In this document: positions 1 through 9,532 of the stretch, piece after piece
How positions within the stretch are numbered: the stretch's first letter is position 1
Layout of the letters: every line of letters starts with the position of its first letter
NCBI GenBank assembly: GCA_902617975.1
Contig: CACMYV010000003.1
Span: 23,394-87,393 of the forward strand
DNA from: an uncultured Pelagibacteraceae bacterium
GTDB taxonomy: Bacteria; Pseudomonadota; Alphaproteobacteria; Pelagibacterales; Pelagibacteraceae
Direction: 5' to 3'
DNA: 64,000 bases
The notes under the pieces: generated by a model
Told to the model about the DNA's origin: nothing
The model's database searches: none
The model's input: only the letters and a program-made list of their open reading frames with translations
Program-made: the position numbers and the translations under genes

Positions 1-618
1 TCTTTTATGGTTGTTGAAAGATTATGGGAAGCAATCTTCAGTCCTGAAGTAAAAGCATTGATGGTTAAAGCCCCAGTCAGAATTACTTATATTCACTTTC
101 CAATAATATTAATTTCTTTCGTGATTGGATATTTTACGAAATCAGTTGGCTTTATTTGGCTAGCAGTATTGGTTGTAGTAAGTGAATTCGTAATCGTATT
201 ATCAAGATTTATATTTTCATACGAACAAGCATTTCAAGGGGATCTAGTTAGATTTTGGTATGCTGCACTTTATTTGTTTGCTAGTGCATACGCCTTAATT
301 CATGAAGGGCACGTAAGAGTTGATGTACTCTATTCTTCCTTTAGTGAAAAAAAGAAGGCATGGACAAATATGGTTGGATCGGCAGTTCTAGGAGTACCAC
401 TTACATTAATAGTTATATTTTTAGGTCTTAACGGAAAAGCCAGCATAATAAATGGTCCTGTTGTAGCTTTTGAAGTTACGCAACAAGGATCTAATGGTCT
501 TTATCTTTTATATTTGATGGCTGTTTATCTAGCTGTTTTTGCTGTTACGATGCTAATTCAATTTACTAGTTATTTTATGGAAAGTAGTCACAAAATTTTA
601 AAAGGTGTCAAAAATTAA
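1..618 (+). CDS. dctQ: TRAP transporter small permease subunit (DctQ family), probably 5'-truncated by the window
   Basis: Four hydrophobic segments and the DctQ motif HVRVDVLY; directly upstream of a DctM gene; frame is open to the window edge (first in-window ATG at 7). Confidence 0.85.
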   Translation, partial: SFMVVERLWEAIFSPEVKALMVKAPVRITYIHFPIILISFVIGYFTKSVGFIWLAVLVVVSEFVIVLSRFIFSYEQAFQGDLVRFWYAALYLFASAYALIHEGHVRVDVLYSSFSEKKKAWTNMVGSAVLGVPLTLIVIFLGLNGKASIINGPVVAFEVTQQGSNGLYLLYLMAVYLAVFAVTMLIQFTSYFMESSHKILKGVKN

Positions 619-621
619 ATT

Positions 622-3285
622 ATGGAAACATTCTTTTTAGCTATTCTAGTTGTGATAATGATTGTTGCTCTTGCATCGGGTTACCCGGTTGCTTTTGCAC
701 TTCCTGGTTCAGCTATAATTGCAATTGGTTTAGCTGCATTTTTTGGCTACATCTTCGAGGGAGACTCCAGTGCCTTTTTTGCTGTAGATGGACCCATAGA
801 ATGGCTCGTTGCTGGTATTACAAATTTTAGGAGTAATTACTGGGATGTAGAGACAGATACTTTGATAGCAATTCCTTTATTTATATTCATGGGAATTATG
901 CTTCAAAAATCAAAAATTGCTGAAGACTTATTAATAACAATGGGCCAATTATTTGGACCAATTCCTGGTGGTTTAGGAATTTCAGTTATATTTGTTGGAG
1001 CTCTATTAGCAGCAACGACTGGTATCGTTGGAGCAACTGTAATTGCGATGGGACTAATTTCGTTACCAACAATGTTAAATAACAAGTATGACAGACAACT
1101 TGCTAGTGGAATAGTTTGTTCATCAGGAACATTAGGTCAAATTATTCCTCCATCAATTGTTTTAATTATTATTGCTGACCAGTTGGCAAGTGCATCTGAT
1201 GTTGCAAACAACTTAAGACAAAATGATTATAAAGCCTTAACTGGTGAATTTAATATGCCAGGTGAATTTAGAGTAGGTTCATCAAGTGCAGGTGATATGT
1301 TTTTAGGAGCACTTTTACCAGGTCTTGTTTTAGTTGCTCTTTATATGATCTATGTGTTTATTTTTGCTAGAATAAAGAAAGGTGTTGCACCACCAGTTCC
1401 ATTTAAAGGAAATTTTGATTTAAAATTTTGGTTAAGAGTAGTTGTAATTATCATACCACCACTTGCATTAATATTCGCTGTATTAGGTTCAATTTTAATG
1501 GGTATTGCTACTGTAAACCAAGCAGGTTCAATTGGAGCAATTGGTGCCACTTTGATGGCTGGTTATAGATTATATGAAGGAAAGAAAAGTGCTTTCTATC
1601 CCTTAATTTTAATTATTGGATCTCTAATTCCAATTACATTCTTTGCATCAAATTATGAATTAAATGTAAAAAATTTGGAGGAAAGAGATTTAAGTGCAAT
1701 CTTTATAACCGCTTTCTTCGTGGTCATACTTGTATACGGAATAGGTTGGAGTTTTTGGAGAACTTTTAAAACAGAAAATGTTTTAAAAGAAGTTGTAACA
1801 GAAACTTGTGTGACTACTTCAATGGTATTTATTATCCTTTTAGGAGCAGCAATGCTTACTTCAGGATTTAGAGCTTTTGGGGGAGAAGAATTAGTAAGAG
1901 ACTTTTTACAAGATTTACCGGGTGGTTTTTGGACACAATTTGTTGTTGTGATGATTGTAATTTTCTTGCTAGGATTTTTCTTAGACTTTATTGAAATTGC
2001 AGTTGTTGTTGTTCCAATAATTGCACCAATATTATTAGCTGAAACAGGGGCTAACGTCACAGCCGTTTGGTTGGGAGTTATGATTGGTGTTAACTTGCAG
2101 ACTTCCTTCTTAACGCCGCCATTTGGATTTGCACTCTTTTATTTGAAAGGTGTAGCTCCTAAAATTGTTAAAACACTTGATATTTGGAAAGGTGTTGTGC
2201 CTTTTATAATTCTTCAGCTTATAGGATTGGGAATAGTCGGTGCATACCCTAGCTTAGTAAATTATCTACCAAATAGAGTATATTTAACTTCGAATGTTGC
2301 TCCTCCACCAATGAATCCTAAATTACAGTACTGTTTGCAAGAGTACAAATTTGCAAGATTTGATTCAAACGGTGAGACAATTAAAAATGCAATATTAAAA
2401 TTCCAATCTGAGGCTCCAACTAATCTGCCAGATGATAAAATGGAAATTTTAGAAGATCATTTTGATAGTGCACTAGGAACTTTTGCTCTAGTCGATAAAT
2501 TAAAAAAAGTTGAGGTCGAATACAATGCATATGCTGTTGATTATAGGGATCTGCATTTCACTGTTAGAAAGAAGCAAAAGAAAATACTTAAATTAAATAA
2601 AAAAATAGAAAAATATAAAGCAGAGATTAGAAATTTAGATGATGACGAATTAGATGAGAAAAACAAAATAGAATTAAGAATTGAGGATGTAAAACTTGAA
2701 ATTGAGGAAATTCAAAACTCAATTCCAGATACTTGGCAAGCTAAGAATTCAGAATTCGACAAAATAAATAAAGCTAAAAATACAACAACAAAAAGATATA
2801 GAAAGAATGTAGATGAAGCCTACGATCTACTTGATCAGTTCGCAATGTTCATAAACGATGGAGTAAAACTTCAAGAAGTATCAAAAGATATTAAACAGTT
2901 AGATTATTTTATAGCTATGGAAAGCAATACAAAAGTATATGAAAGATCAGTTACAATTATGGATGGATTGTTTGACAAGTTGAGTGAGATCTCTGGAATG
3001 GATGAATTTTTAAATAGTGTAGATGATTTATTATCAATGGTTGACTCAGACGAACTTGATCCAATGGCGATTAGAACAAAATCAAAAGAAGTTGTTGAGT
3101 TATTCAATAAAGAAGTTAGCTGGAGAGCAAATGCTAAAGAAAACTTAATGCCAAAACTTGAGGAATATAATAATGCAATCAAAGAAACAATTGGACTAAG
3201 GTTGCAGTCTAAACTAACAAAAGAGCAAGCTATCTATGTATCTAAATGTAATTCAATACATAGAGATATTTCACTAAATTTTTAA
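622..3285 (+). CDS. dctM: TRAP transporter large permease subunit (DctM family) with a long C-terminal soluble extension
   Basis: Motifs AIPLFIFMG, GTLGQIIPPSIVL and QTSFLTPPFG; ~550 aa membrane part followed by a ~330 aa charged helical tail. Confidence 0.92.
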   Translation: METFFLAILVVIMIVALASGYPVAFALPGSAIIAIGLAAFFGYIFEGDSSAFFAVDGPIEWLVAGITNFRSNYWDVETDTLIAIPLFIFMGIMLQKSKIAEDLLITMGQLFGPIPGGLGISVIFVGALLAATTGIVGATVIAMGLISLPTMLNNKYDRQLASGIVCSSGTLGQIIPPSIVLIIIADQLASASDVANNLRQNDYKALTGEFNMPGEFRVGSSSAGDMFLGALLPGLVLVALYMIYVFIFARIKKGVAPPVPFKGNFDLKFWLRVVVIIIPPLALIFAVLGSILMGIATVNQAGSIGAIGATLMAGYRLYEGKKSAFYPLILIIGSLIPITFFASNYELNVKNLEERDLSAIFITAFFVVILVYGIGWSFWRTFKTENVLKEVVTETCVTTSMVFIILLGAAMLTSGFRAFGGEELVRDFLQDLPGGFWTQFVVVMIVIFLLGFFLDFIEIAVVVVPIIAPILLAETGANVTAVWLGVMIGVNLQTSFLTPPFGFALFYLKGVAPKIVKTLDIWKGVVPFIILQLIGLGIVGAYPSLVNYLPNRVYLTSNVAPPPMNPKLQYCLQEYKFARFDSNGETIKNAILKFQSEAPTNLPDDKMEILEDHFDSALGTFALVDKLKKVEVEYNAYAVDYRDLHFTVRKKQKKILKLNKKIEKYKAEIRNLDDDELDEKNKIELRIEDVKLEIEEIQNSIPDTWQAKNSEFDKINKAKNTTTKRYRKNVDEAYDLLDQFAMFINDGVKLQEVSKDIKQLDYFIAMESNTKVYERSVTIMDGLFDKLSEISGMDEFLNSVDDLLSMVDSDELDPMAIRTKSKEVVELFNKEVSWRANAKENLMPKLEEYNNAIKETIGLRLQSKLTKEQAIYVSKCNSIHRDISLNF

Positions 3286-4301
3286 ACTGTTAATTTATCA
3301 ATTAATTCTGATCTTGTATAAAGACCCAAGTCTTCTGCCTTGGACTTTAATTTTTCATTAATCTCTTTTAATTTTGGAACATTTAAATCAAGCTTATTTG
3401 CAATTTCTATAATTGAACCAATTATTGGATCTATTTCTAGTGGTTTGCCAGCATTTAAATCTTGAGCGGTCGAAGGTCTATGTCCTATAATTGAGACTCC
3501 ACCCTTAATTCGATCCTCAATTGATATATTGAATTTAACTCCGATTTTTTCTCCAACTTGTTGGCACTCCTGCATTAAAACTTTTATTAAATTGTAAGTT
3601 TCAGGATCATTACCCATTTCATCCATAGTTTTATTTGTTAGAGCACTTACTGGGTTGAATGAACAATTCCCCCATAGTTTCACCCAAATTTCGTCTCTTA
3701 AATTTTTCTTCTGAGGAGCTTTTAAACCGCCTTCTATGAATAAACTTGAAATTATTTTTAGTCTTTCTGATCTGGTTCCATCTGGTTCACCTAAAGAAAA
3801 TCGTTCACCATTACCATTATGTTTAATAACACCTGGCTCTAATATCTGACAAGCTGGATAAACTACACAACCAATTGCTCTTTCAGGTCCTAGAGTTTGC
3901 CATATTTTTCCACCTGGATCCACACTTTCAACTATTTGATTGTCTAATTTGGTACCCGTATTAGCTTTATGAAAGTACCACCAAGGCAATCCATTAATTG
4001 CGCATATAATTGAAGTTTTTTTACCCATAATTGGTTTTAAGCTTTCTGAAATTTTACTAATAGCGTTAGCTTTTACAGAAATAATTATGAAATCTTGTTC
4101 ATCCAAATCTTTAGGATTGTCTGTTACATCAAATTTAAAATTAACTTTATTATCATCTCTTATAAAAGTTAATCCATTTTGCTCTATTGCTTTTTTATGT
4201 TCTCCTCTTGCAATTAAAGAGACTTGTGCGTTTGTTTTTTTTAAACTTGTAGCAATAAATCCACCAATAGACCCAGCTCCAAATATACAAATTTTAGTCA
4301 T
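3282..4301 (-). CDS. Ketopantoate reductase (PanE/ApbA)-family oxidoreductase; candidate oxalyl-CoA reductase (PanE2-like)
   Basis: Rossmann motif GAGSIGG, NGLPWWYF, WVKLWGN and STAQD..LEID; TAATG-coupled to the upstream CoA ligase. Confidence 0.85.
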   Translation of the reverse strand: MTKICIFGAGSIGGFIATSLKKTNAQVSLIARGEHKKAIEQNGLTFIRDDNKVNFKFDVTDNPKDLDEQDFIIISVKANAISKISESLKPIMGKKTSIICAINGLPWWYFHKANTGTKLDNQIVESVDPGGKIWQTLGPERAIGCVVYPACQILEPGVIKHNGNGERFSLGEPDGTRSERLKIISSLFIEGGLKAPQKKNLRDEIWVKLWGNCSFNPVSALTNKTMDEMGNDPETYNLIKVLMQECQQVGEKIGVKFNISIEDRIKGGVSIIGHRPSTAQDLNAGKPLEIDPIIGSIIEIANKLDLNVPKLKEINEKLKSKAEDLGLYTRSELIDKLTV

Positions 4302-5809
4302 TAGTTCACTAATCCAAACTTTTTAGCTAAAGTATTTCTTTGTAGTTTACCTGTTGCACCTTTAGGAATTTCATTTACAAAAAATATTTTCTTTGGAATT
4401 TTAAATTTTGCAAGTTTTTCATTTGCATACATTTTTATATCATCTTCAGTACACTTCATGCCCTCTTTTATGATTATTGCGGTAGCTATATCTTCCCCAA
4501 GCATTTTATCTTCATATCCAAAGCAAACAGCTTGCTCAATATTTGGATGATCTATAAGAATGTTATCGACTTCTAAAGGTGAAATCTTTTCACCACCTTT
4601 ATTAATTATTTCCTTCAATCTTCCTGAGATTTTTAGATAACCATCTTTATCAAAATATCCCTGATCTCCTGTTCTAAACCAACCATTTGAAAAGCTATTT
4701 TTATTTGCATCTGGATTATTTTCATATCCGGAAGTAACATTTTCACCCCTAATGCAAACTTCTCCCTCTTCTCCTTGATTTAAAATCTTGTTATTAGTAT
4801 CCATAATACAAACATCTGGCCCAGCAGGAATTCCTACAAAGCCAGGTTTTTGGGACTTAGGCGGTAAAGGATTTGAGGTCATTTGATGAGTAGCTTCCGT
4901 CATCCCATATGCTTCTATTACTGGACAATTAAATACCTCATTTAGTTTTTCAAATACAGCTGGAGGTAGAGATGCTGATGATGATCTTAAAAATCTAAGA
5001 TTTAATTGTTTAGCAGTTTCTAGATTTTTATCTGCTCTCATCAATATTGCTTGATGCATTGTTGGTACTCCAGAATACCAAGTTATTTTCTCTCTTTTTG
5101 CATTATCTAAAAATTTTAATGCATTAAATCCACTACTTGCACATACAGATGCCCCTACCTTCATAGAGGCTGCAAGAACTGCAATTAAGCCATGTATATG
5201 AAATAATGGCATAATATTTAGACAATGATCTTTATCAGTTAAATTAAGACTTTTGGAGATATTATCTGCTGAAGAAAAAATATTTTTATTTGTTAATGGA
5301 ACAATCTTAGGTCTTGATGTAGTGCCCGAAGTATGCAGCACAAGAGCTTCATGATCTTCGCCTGGCAAAACATAATCACTGCTTTTTTCAAAAAGATTGA
5401 AATCTCCGCTTAAAGTATTTCCGTCTGATTTTATTTCGCAAACAGGAATTTTTAATTTATTTGCGACTTCTACTACTGGATTTTTAGAATTTTTCTCTAC
5501 AATCACTATCTTTGGTTTTAAATCCTCTAGGTAAAATTCGAATTCTTCAGATTTATAGTTAGGGTTTAAAGGTGCAGCAGACATGTAGCTTGAAATCGCC
5601 AAAAAACTAGTTGCCATGTAAGGACCGTTTGGCAAAACTATTGCTGCACGATCTTTATTATTAATACCATTACCTGATAATTGTTTTGAAATTCTTTCTA
5701 TTAATGATTTTAAATCAACAAATTTTAGTGGAGAACTACTTTCAGATGTTATTGCAATTCGATTATCATTTTGTGTTTCTATAATATTTCTAACAATTCT
5801 AGAGTTCAT
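4301..5809 (-). CDS. Acyl-CoA synthetase, oxalate-CoA ligase-like (AAE3/Pcs60/Oxs type)
   Basis: LHTSGTTSRPK, PLFHIHGL, TWYSGVPTMHQ, LRFLRSSSASL, EAYGMTEATHQMTSNPLP, GGEKISPLEVD and TGKLQR match oxalate-CoA ligase motifs as I recall them. Confidence 0.85.
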   Translation of the reverse strand: MNSRIVRNIIETQNDNRIAITSESSSPLKFVDLKSLIERISKQLSGNGINNKDRAAIVLPNGPYMATSFLAISSYMSAAPLNPNYKSEEFEFYLEDLKPKIVIVEKNSKNPVVEVANKLKIPVCEIKSDGNTLSGDFNLFEKSSDYVLPGEDHEALVLHTSGTTSRPKIVPLTNKNIFSSADNISKSLNLTDKDHCLNIMPLFHIHGLIAVLAASMKVGASVCASSGFNALKFLDNAKREKITWYSGVPTMHQAILMRADKNLETAKQLNLRFLRSSSASLPPAVFEKLNEVFNCPVIEAYGMTEATHQMTSNPLPPKSQKPGFVGIPAGPDVCIMDTNNKILNQGEEGEVCIRGENVTSGYENNPDANKNSFSNGWFRTGDQGYFDKDGYLKISGRLKEIINKGGEKISPLEVDNILIDHPNIEQAVCFGYEDKMLGEDIATAIIIKEGMKCTEDDIKMYANEKLAKFKIPKKIFFVNEIPKGATGKLQRNTLAKKFGLVN

Positions 5810-5814
5810 TTAAA

Positions 5815-7398
5815 TTAATAACCTTTTGCGTATCCATCTTTTCTTGGATCTGAACCGCCAACTAAATTTCCTTTTTCTCTATCTATTTGAATTGCTTGTC
5901 CACCTCCATGAGTACCATCTATATACTCAACATTATGACCGACTTCTTTTAAATTATTAAAAATTTTTTCATCAATACTTTTCTCTAATTTATAAATGTT
6001 ATTGAAATGGAAAGCTCTAGGAAATGAAATGGCTTGTTGAGGAGTTAAGTTATAATCAATAATGCTATTTAAAACATGAACTTGTCCAACAGGTTGATAT
6101 TGTCCCCCCATTACTCCATAAGATAATTCACATTCTCCTTTGTTGTTCATAACTATTCCAGGAATTATGGTATGTAGTGGTCTTTTTAATCCCTGAATAC
6201 AATTAGGATGACCTTCCTCAACTCTAAAATTAGTTCCTCTATTGTGAAGAACCACTCCAGATTTATCACCTGTTATTCCAGATCCAAAAGCATAGCAAAC
6301 AGAATTTATTATTGAAACTACATTTAAATCTCTGTCTACCACGCTTAAATAAACTGTTTCAGGATGGTTTGGAATATTTAGATCTCCTACATCTGCGCAG
6401 CCATTAATAGATATATTTTTTGAAATATTATCTATATTTTGTTCACTTAATATTTTTTTCAAATCTAAATCTACAAATTCTGGATCACCAATATTTTCCT
6501 CTTTAAGTTTATATGCCTGCTTTGTAACTTCTGCTTCAAGATGAAATCTTTCAAATGAATTCACATCATATTTTTCAATACCTAACTTTTCTAATAACTT
6601 CATCATTATTAAAACTGTTATTCCAGGTCCGCTCGGAGGACATTGATGTATGATAATATCTCTATATCTATCTGATAAAGTGTCTGATTTAATAGTTTTT
6701 TGCTTATGGAAATCTTCAATTGTATGTAAGCCTCCAAACTCTTTTAAAGTTTTAACTAAATCTTCAGCAATTGATCCTTCATAAAATTCTTTAACTCCAT
6801 TTTTTGAAATTTTTTCGAGAGTCTCTCCAAGTGCAGGATTTTTATTTACCTCATTAAATTGATAACTTTTACCATTATTTAGCATATGTTTTCTAGAATA
6901 TGGGTTATCGTTTAATTTATTAAATACGTTGCTCCAGGCGTTAGCAACAACTTTAGTCACTTTAAAACCATTCTTTGCAATATCTATACCTTTGTGAAAC
7001 AACTCCTCAAAATCGAGTTTTCCAAAATCATTATGAATTGAATTCCAAGCATCTAATGCACCAGGAATAGTTACTGCGTGAGGACTTGTTAATCCAATTT
7101 TATCTATATTCTTTTCCTTGAAATAATCAAAATTCGCTTTTGCTGGAGCAATACCTGATCCATTATATGAAACAGGGCCTTTTCCATTCATTTTTATTAT
7201 TGCAAAACAATCTCCACCTATACTTGTGGCATTAGGCTCTGCAACAGACAGAACAACAGAAGCTGCAATAGCTGCATCAACTGAATTTCCACCTTTTTGT
7301 AATATTCTAAGAGCTTCTTCTGTAGCTAATGGATGTGATGTTGCGGCCATACCATTTGAAGAAATGGCATCTTTATCTTTTGTTGAATGATTATTCAT
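5815..7398 (-). CDS. Gamma-glutamyltransferase-family Ntn-hydrolase (YwrD/HpxW-like subfamily)
   Basis: GGNSVDAAIA, GGDCF, putative catalytic Thr348 in ETVYLSVVD, KRPLHT, GVMGGQYQP, and C-terminal DPRKDG. Confidence 0.9.
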   Translation of the reverse strand: MNNHSTKDKDAISSNGMAATSHPLATEEALRILQKGGNSVDAAIAASVVLSVAEPNATSIGGDCFAIIKMNGKGPVSYNGSGIAPAKANFDYFKEKNIDKIGLTSPHAVTIPGALDAWNSIHNDFGKLDFEELFHKGIDIAKNGFKVTKVVANAWSNVFNKLNDNPYSRKHMLNNGKSYQFNEVNKNPALGETLEKISKNGVKEFYEGSIAEDLVKTLKEFGGLHTIEDFHKQKTIKSDTLSDRYRDIIIHQCPPSGPGITVLIMMKLLEKLGIEKYDVNSFERFHLEAEVTKQAYKLKEENIGDPEFVDLDLKKILSEQNIDNISKNISINGCADVGDLNIPNHPETVYLSVVDRDLNVVSIINSVCYAFGSGITGDKSGVVLHNRGTNFRVEEGHPNCIQGLKRPLHTIIPGIVMNNKGECELSYGVMGGQYQPVGQVHVLNSIIDYNLTPQQAISFPRAFHFNNIYKLEKSIDEKIFNNLKEVGHNVEYIDGTHGGGQAIQIDREKGNLVGGSDPRKDGYAKGY

Positions 7399-7428
7399 AA
7401 TAGAACTGTAATTTCATAAAAAATATAA

Positions 7429-8637
7429 ATGATCAATAAAATAAATAAAAGTATTCTAATTTTTTCTGTATTTGCCTTTGGCTTTTTTATATCAAATTTA
7501 CTGAGATCAATTACCGCAACATTAACACCTGCTCTTTCAACTGAATTCAATTTAAGTGCCGCAAATCTTGGACTTTTAGCTGGAGGATATTTTCTAGGGT
7601 TTTCGCTCATGCAAATTCCTACCGGTATGTTATTAGATAGATTTGGTCCAAAAAAAGTTATCGGATATTTATTAATCATTGCTCTTATTGGAACTATTTC
7701 ATTTGCTTTTGCTAAAAGTTTTGCAGGTTTATTAATTTCTAGAATTTTCATTGGTGTAGGTGTTGCTGCTTGTTTAATGGGTCCTTTAACTGGTTATAGA
7801 GTATGGTTTGAAGAAAAATATCAACAACGTGCAAATTCATGGATGTTGATGGTTGCAAATTTTGGATTTGTTGCATCAACTCTACCAGTTCAAATTTTAT
7901 TACCAATAATTGGTTGGCGATCTATTTTTTTAATTATAGCCTCTTTAATTTTGATAAGCATAATATTAATATCAATTTTAATACCTTCGTGGGAAACTAA
8001 GAGGGATGAAGACCAAAATAATAATCTTCAAAATCTTTCCCACATATGGAAAAATAAATTCTTTATTAGCTTAGTACCGCTTGCATTTTTTAATTATGGA
8101 GGCGTTCAAGCAATACAAACATTGTGGGCTGGACCATGGATGCTAAATGTAACAGGTTATGATGCAATACAAAGTGCGACAGGTTTATTTTGGATAAATG
8201 TAACTATGCTTTTTTCTTTTTTAATATGGGGATATTTTTTGCCAAAACTATCTTCCAAGGGAATTGACAGTATGAGAATTGTAAAATTTACACTTCCTGT
8301 AAGTTATATAATTTTATTTTTAATAGTCATAATGGGAGACAAAGCTGGTGCAACCATGTTCACTCTTTATATTTTATCATCAATAGTAATTTCTTTAACC
8401 CAACCAGCAATAGCATTAAATTTTCCTACTAAACTAGCAGGAAAATCTTTAACTTCATTCAATGTATTTTTATTTTCTGGTACTTTTTTTGTACAATGGA
8501 TAATTGGTTTAATAATAGATTTTTCCAGAAATTTAGGTGCTACTATTACAATGAGCTATCAAATTTCTTTTTCAATTTTTTTATTTTTATGCATTTTAAG
8601 TTACTTATTTTTTTTAATATTAAATAAAAATGAATAA
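7429..8637 (+). CDS. MFS transporter
   Basis: About 12 TM segments and MFS motif A (GMLLDRFGPKK). Confidence 0.9.
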   Translation: MINKINKSILIFSVFAFGFFISNLLRSITATLTPALSTEFNLSAANLGLLAGGYFLGFSLMQIPTGMLLDRFGPKKVIGYLLIIALIGTISFAFAKSFAGLLISRIFIGVGVAACLMGPLTGYRVWFEEKYQQRANSWMLMVANFGFVASTLPVQILLPIIGWRSIFLIIASLILISIILISILIPSWETKRDEDQNNNLQNLSHIWKNKFFISLVPLAFFNYGGVQAIQTLWAGPWMLNVTGYDAIQSATGLFWINVTMLFSFLIWGYFLPKLSSKGIDSMRIVKFTLPVSYIILFLIVIMGDKAGATMFTLYILSSIVISLTQPAIALNFPTKLAGKSLTSFNVFLFSGTFFVQWIIGLIIDFSRNLGATITMSYQISFSIFLFLCILSYLFFLILNKNE

Positions 8638-9532
8638 AAATTTTATCGGATATTTTCTATTATTATTTCAGCCACTTTTTATGGCTAGTAATTTAATTGT
8701 AGCAAGAGGTGGTGTTGATGATGTTCCTCCCATATCTTTATCTTTTTGGAGATGGTTTATTTTTTTCATTATTTTATTCGTCCTAAATTATAAGTATTTA
8801 GTTGATAATTTTCAGACTATTAAAAAAGAGAGTAAAAGAAGTTTTTTTCTAGGTTTGATGGGATGTGGTGTTTGTGGAATATTTCCATATATGGCTGGTT
8901 CATCTACAACCATTGTTAATATGGGAATTCTTTATACTTCTTCACCAATATTTATAATTTTAATCTCATATTTTCTTTTTAAAGATAAGATAAATATTTT
9001 CCAATTTATTGGCTTACTTTTTTGTCTAGTTGGAGTGTTTGCTGTAATTTTAAAGGGCGATATCAATTTACTTCTTGAATTAAAATTTGCTTCTGGAGAT
9101 TTTTGGATGTTAGGAGCAGCATTAGGCTGGGCAATTTATACAGTTATGCTTTTTCAATGGAATTCAGAACTTAAATTTTTTCCAAGACTAACAATTATAT
9201 CTTTCTTTGGTTTTTTATCTATTTTGCCTTTTTATTTTATAGAGCATTTTTATTTTGAAAAAACTTTATTTAATGAAGAATTTTATTATTGGATTTTGTT
9301 TGCAGCAATTTCTCCAGGTATAATCGCTTTCTCACTATACACATTAACTATTAAATATTTAGGACCATCAACAACTGGTTTCACGCTATACCTCTATACA
9401 ATTTATGGAGCTTTTTATGGAATAATATTTTTTTCAGAGATTTTGGAAAATTATCATTTAATAGGTACCATATTTGTGTTTTTTGGTATTTATTTGGTAA
9501 GAAGAAAAAGTAAAAATGAAATTAAAGCCTAA
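8630..9532 (+). CDS. DMT/EamA-family transporter
   Basis: 300 aa, ~10 TM segments in two EamA-like repeats (PPISLSFWR; GDFWMLGAALGWAIY). Confidence 0.88.
   Translation: MNKNFIGYFLLLFQPLFMASNLIVARGGVDDVPPISLSFWRWFIFFIILFVLNYKYLVDNFQTIKKESKRSFFLGLMGCGVCGIFPYMAGSSTTIVNMGILYTSSPIFIILISYFLFKDKINIFQFIGLLFCLVGVFAVILKGDINLLLELKFASGDFWMLGAALGWAIYTVMLFQWNSELKFFPRLTIISFFGFLSILPFYFIEHFYFEKTLFNEEFYYWILFAAISPGIIAFSLYTLTIKYLGPSTTGFTLYLYTIYGAFYGIIFFSEILENYHLIGTIFVFFGIYLVRRKSKNEIKA

Noticed and set aside
3282-4301. Plain panE (pantothenate biosynthesis) assignment
   Set aside because: No panB or panC nearby, and coupling to an oxalate-CoA ligase-like gene favours another role, so the gene symbol is withheld.
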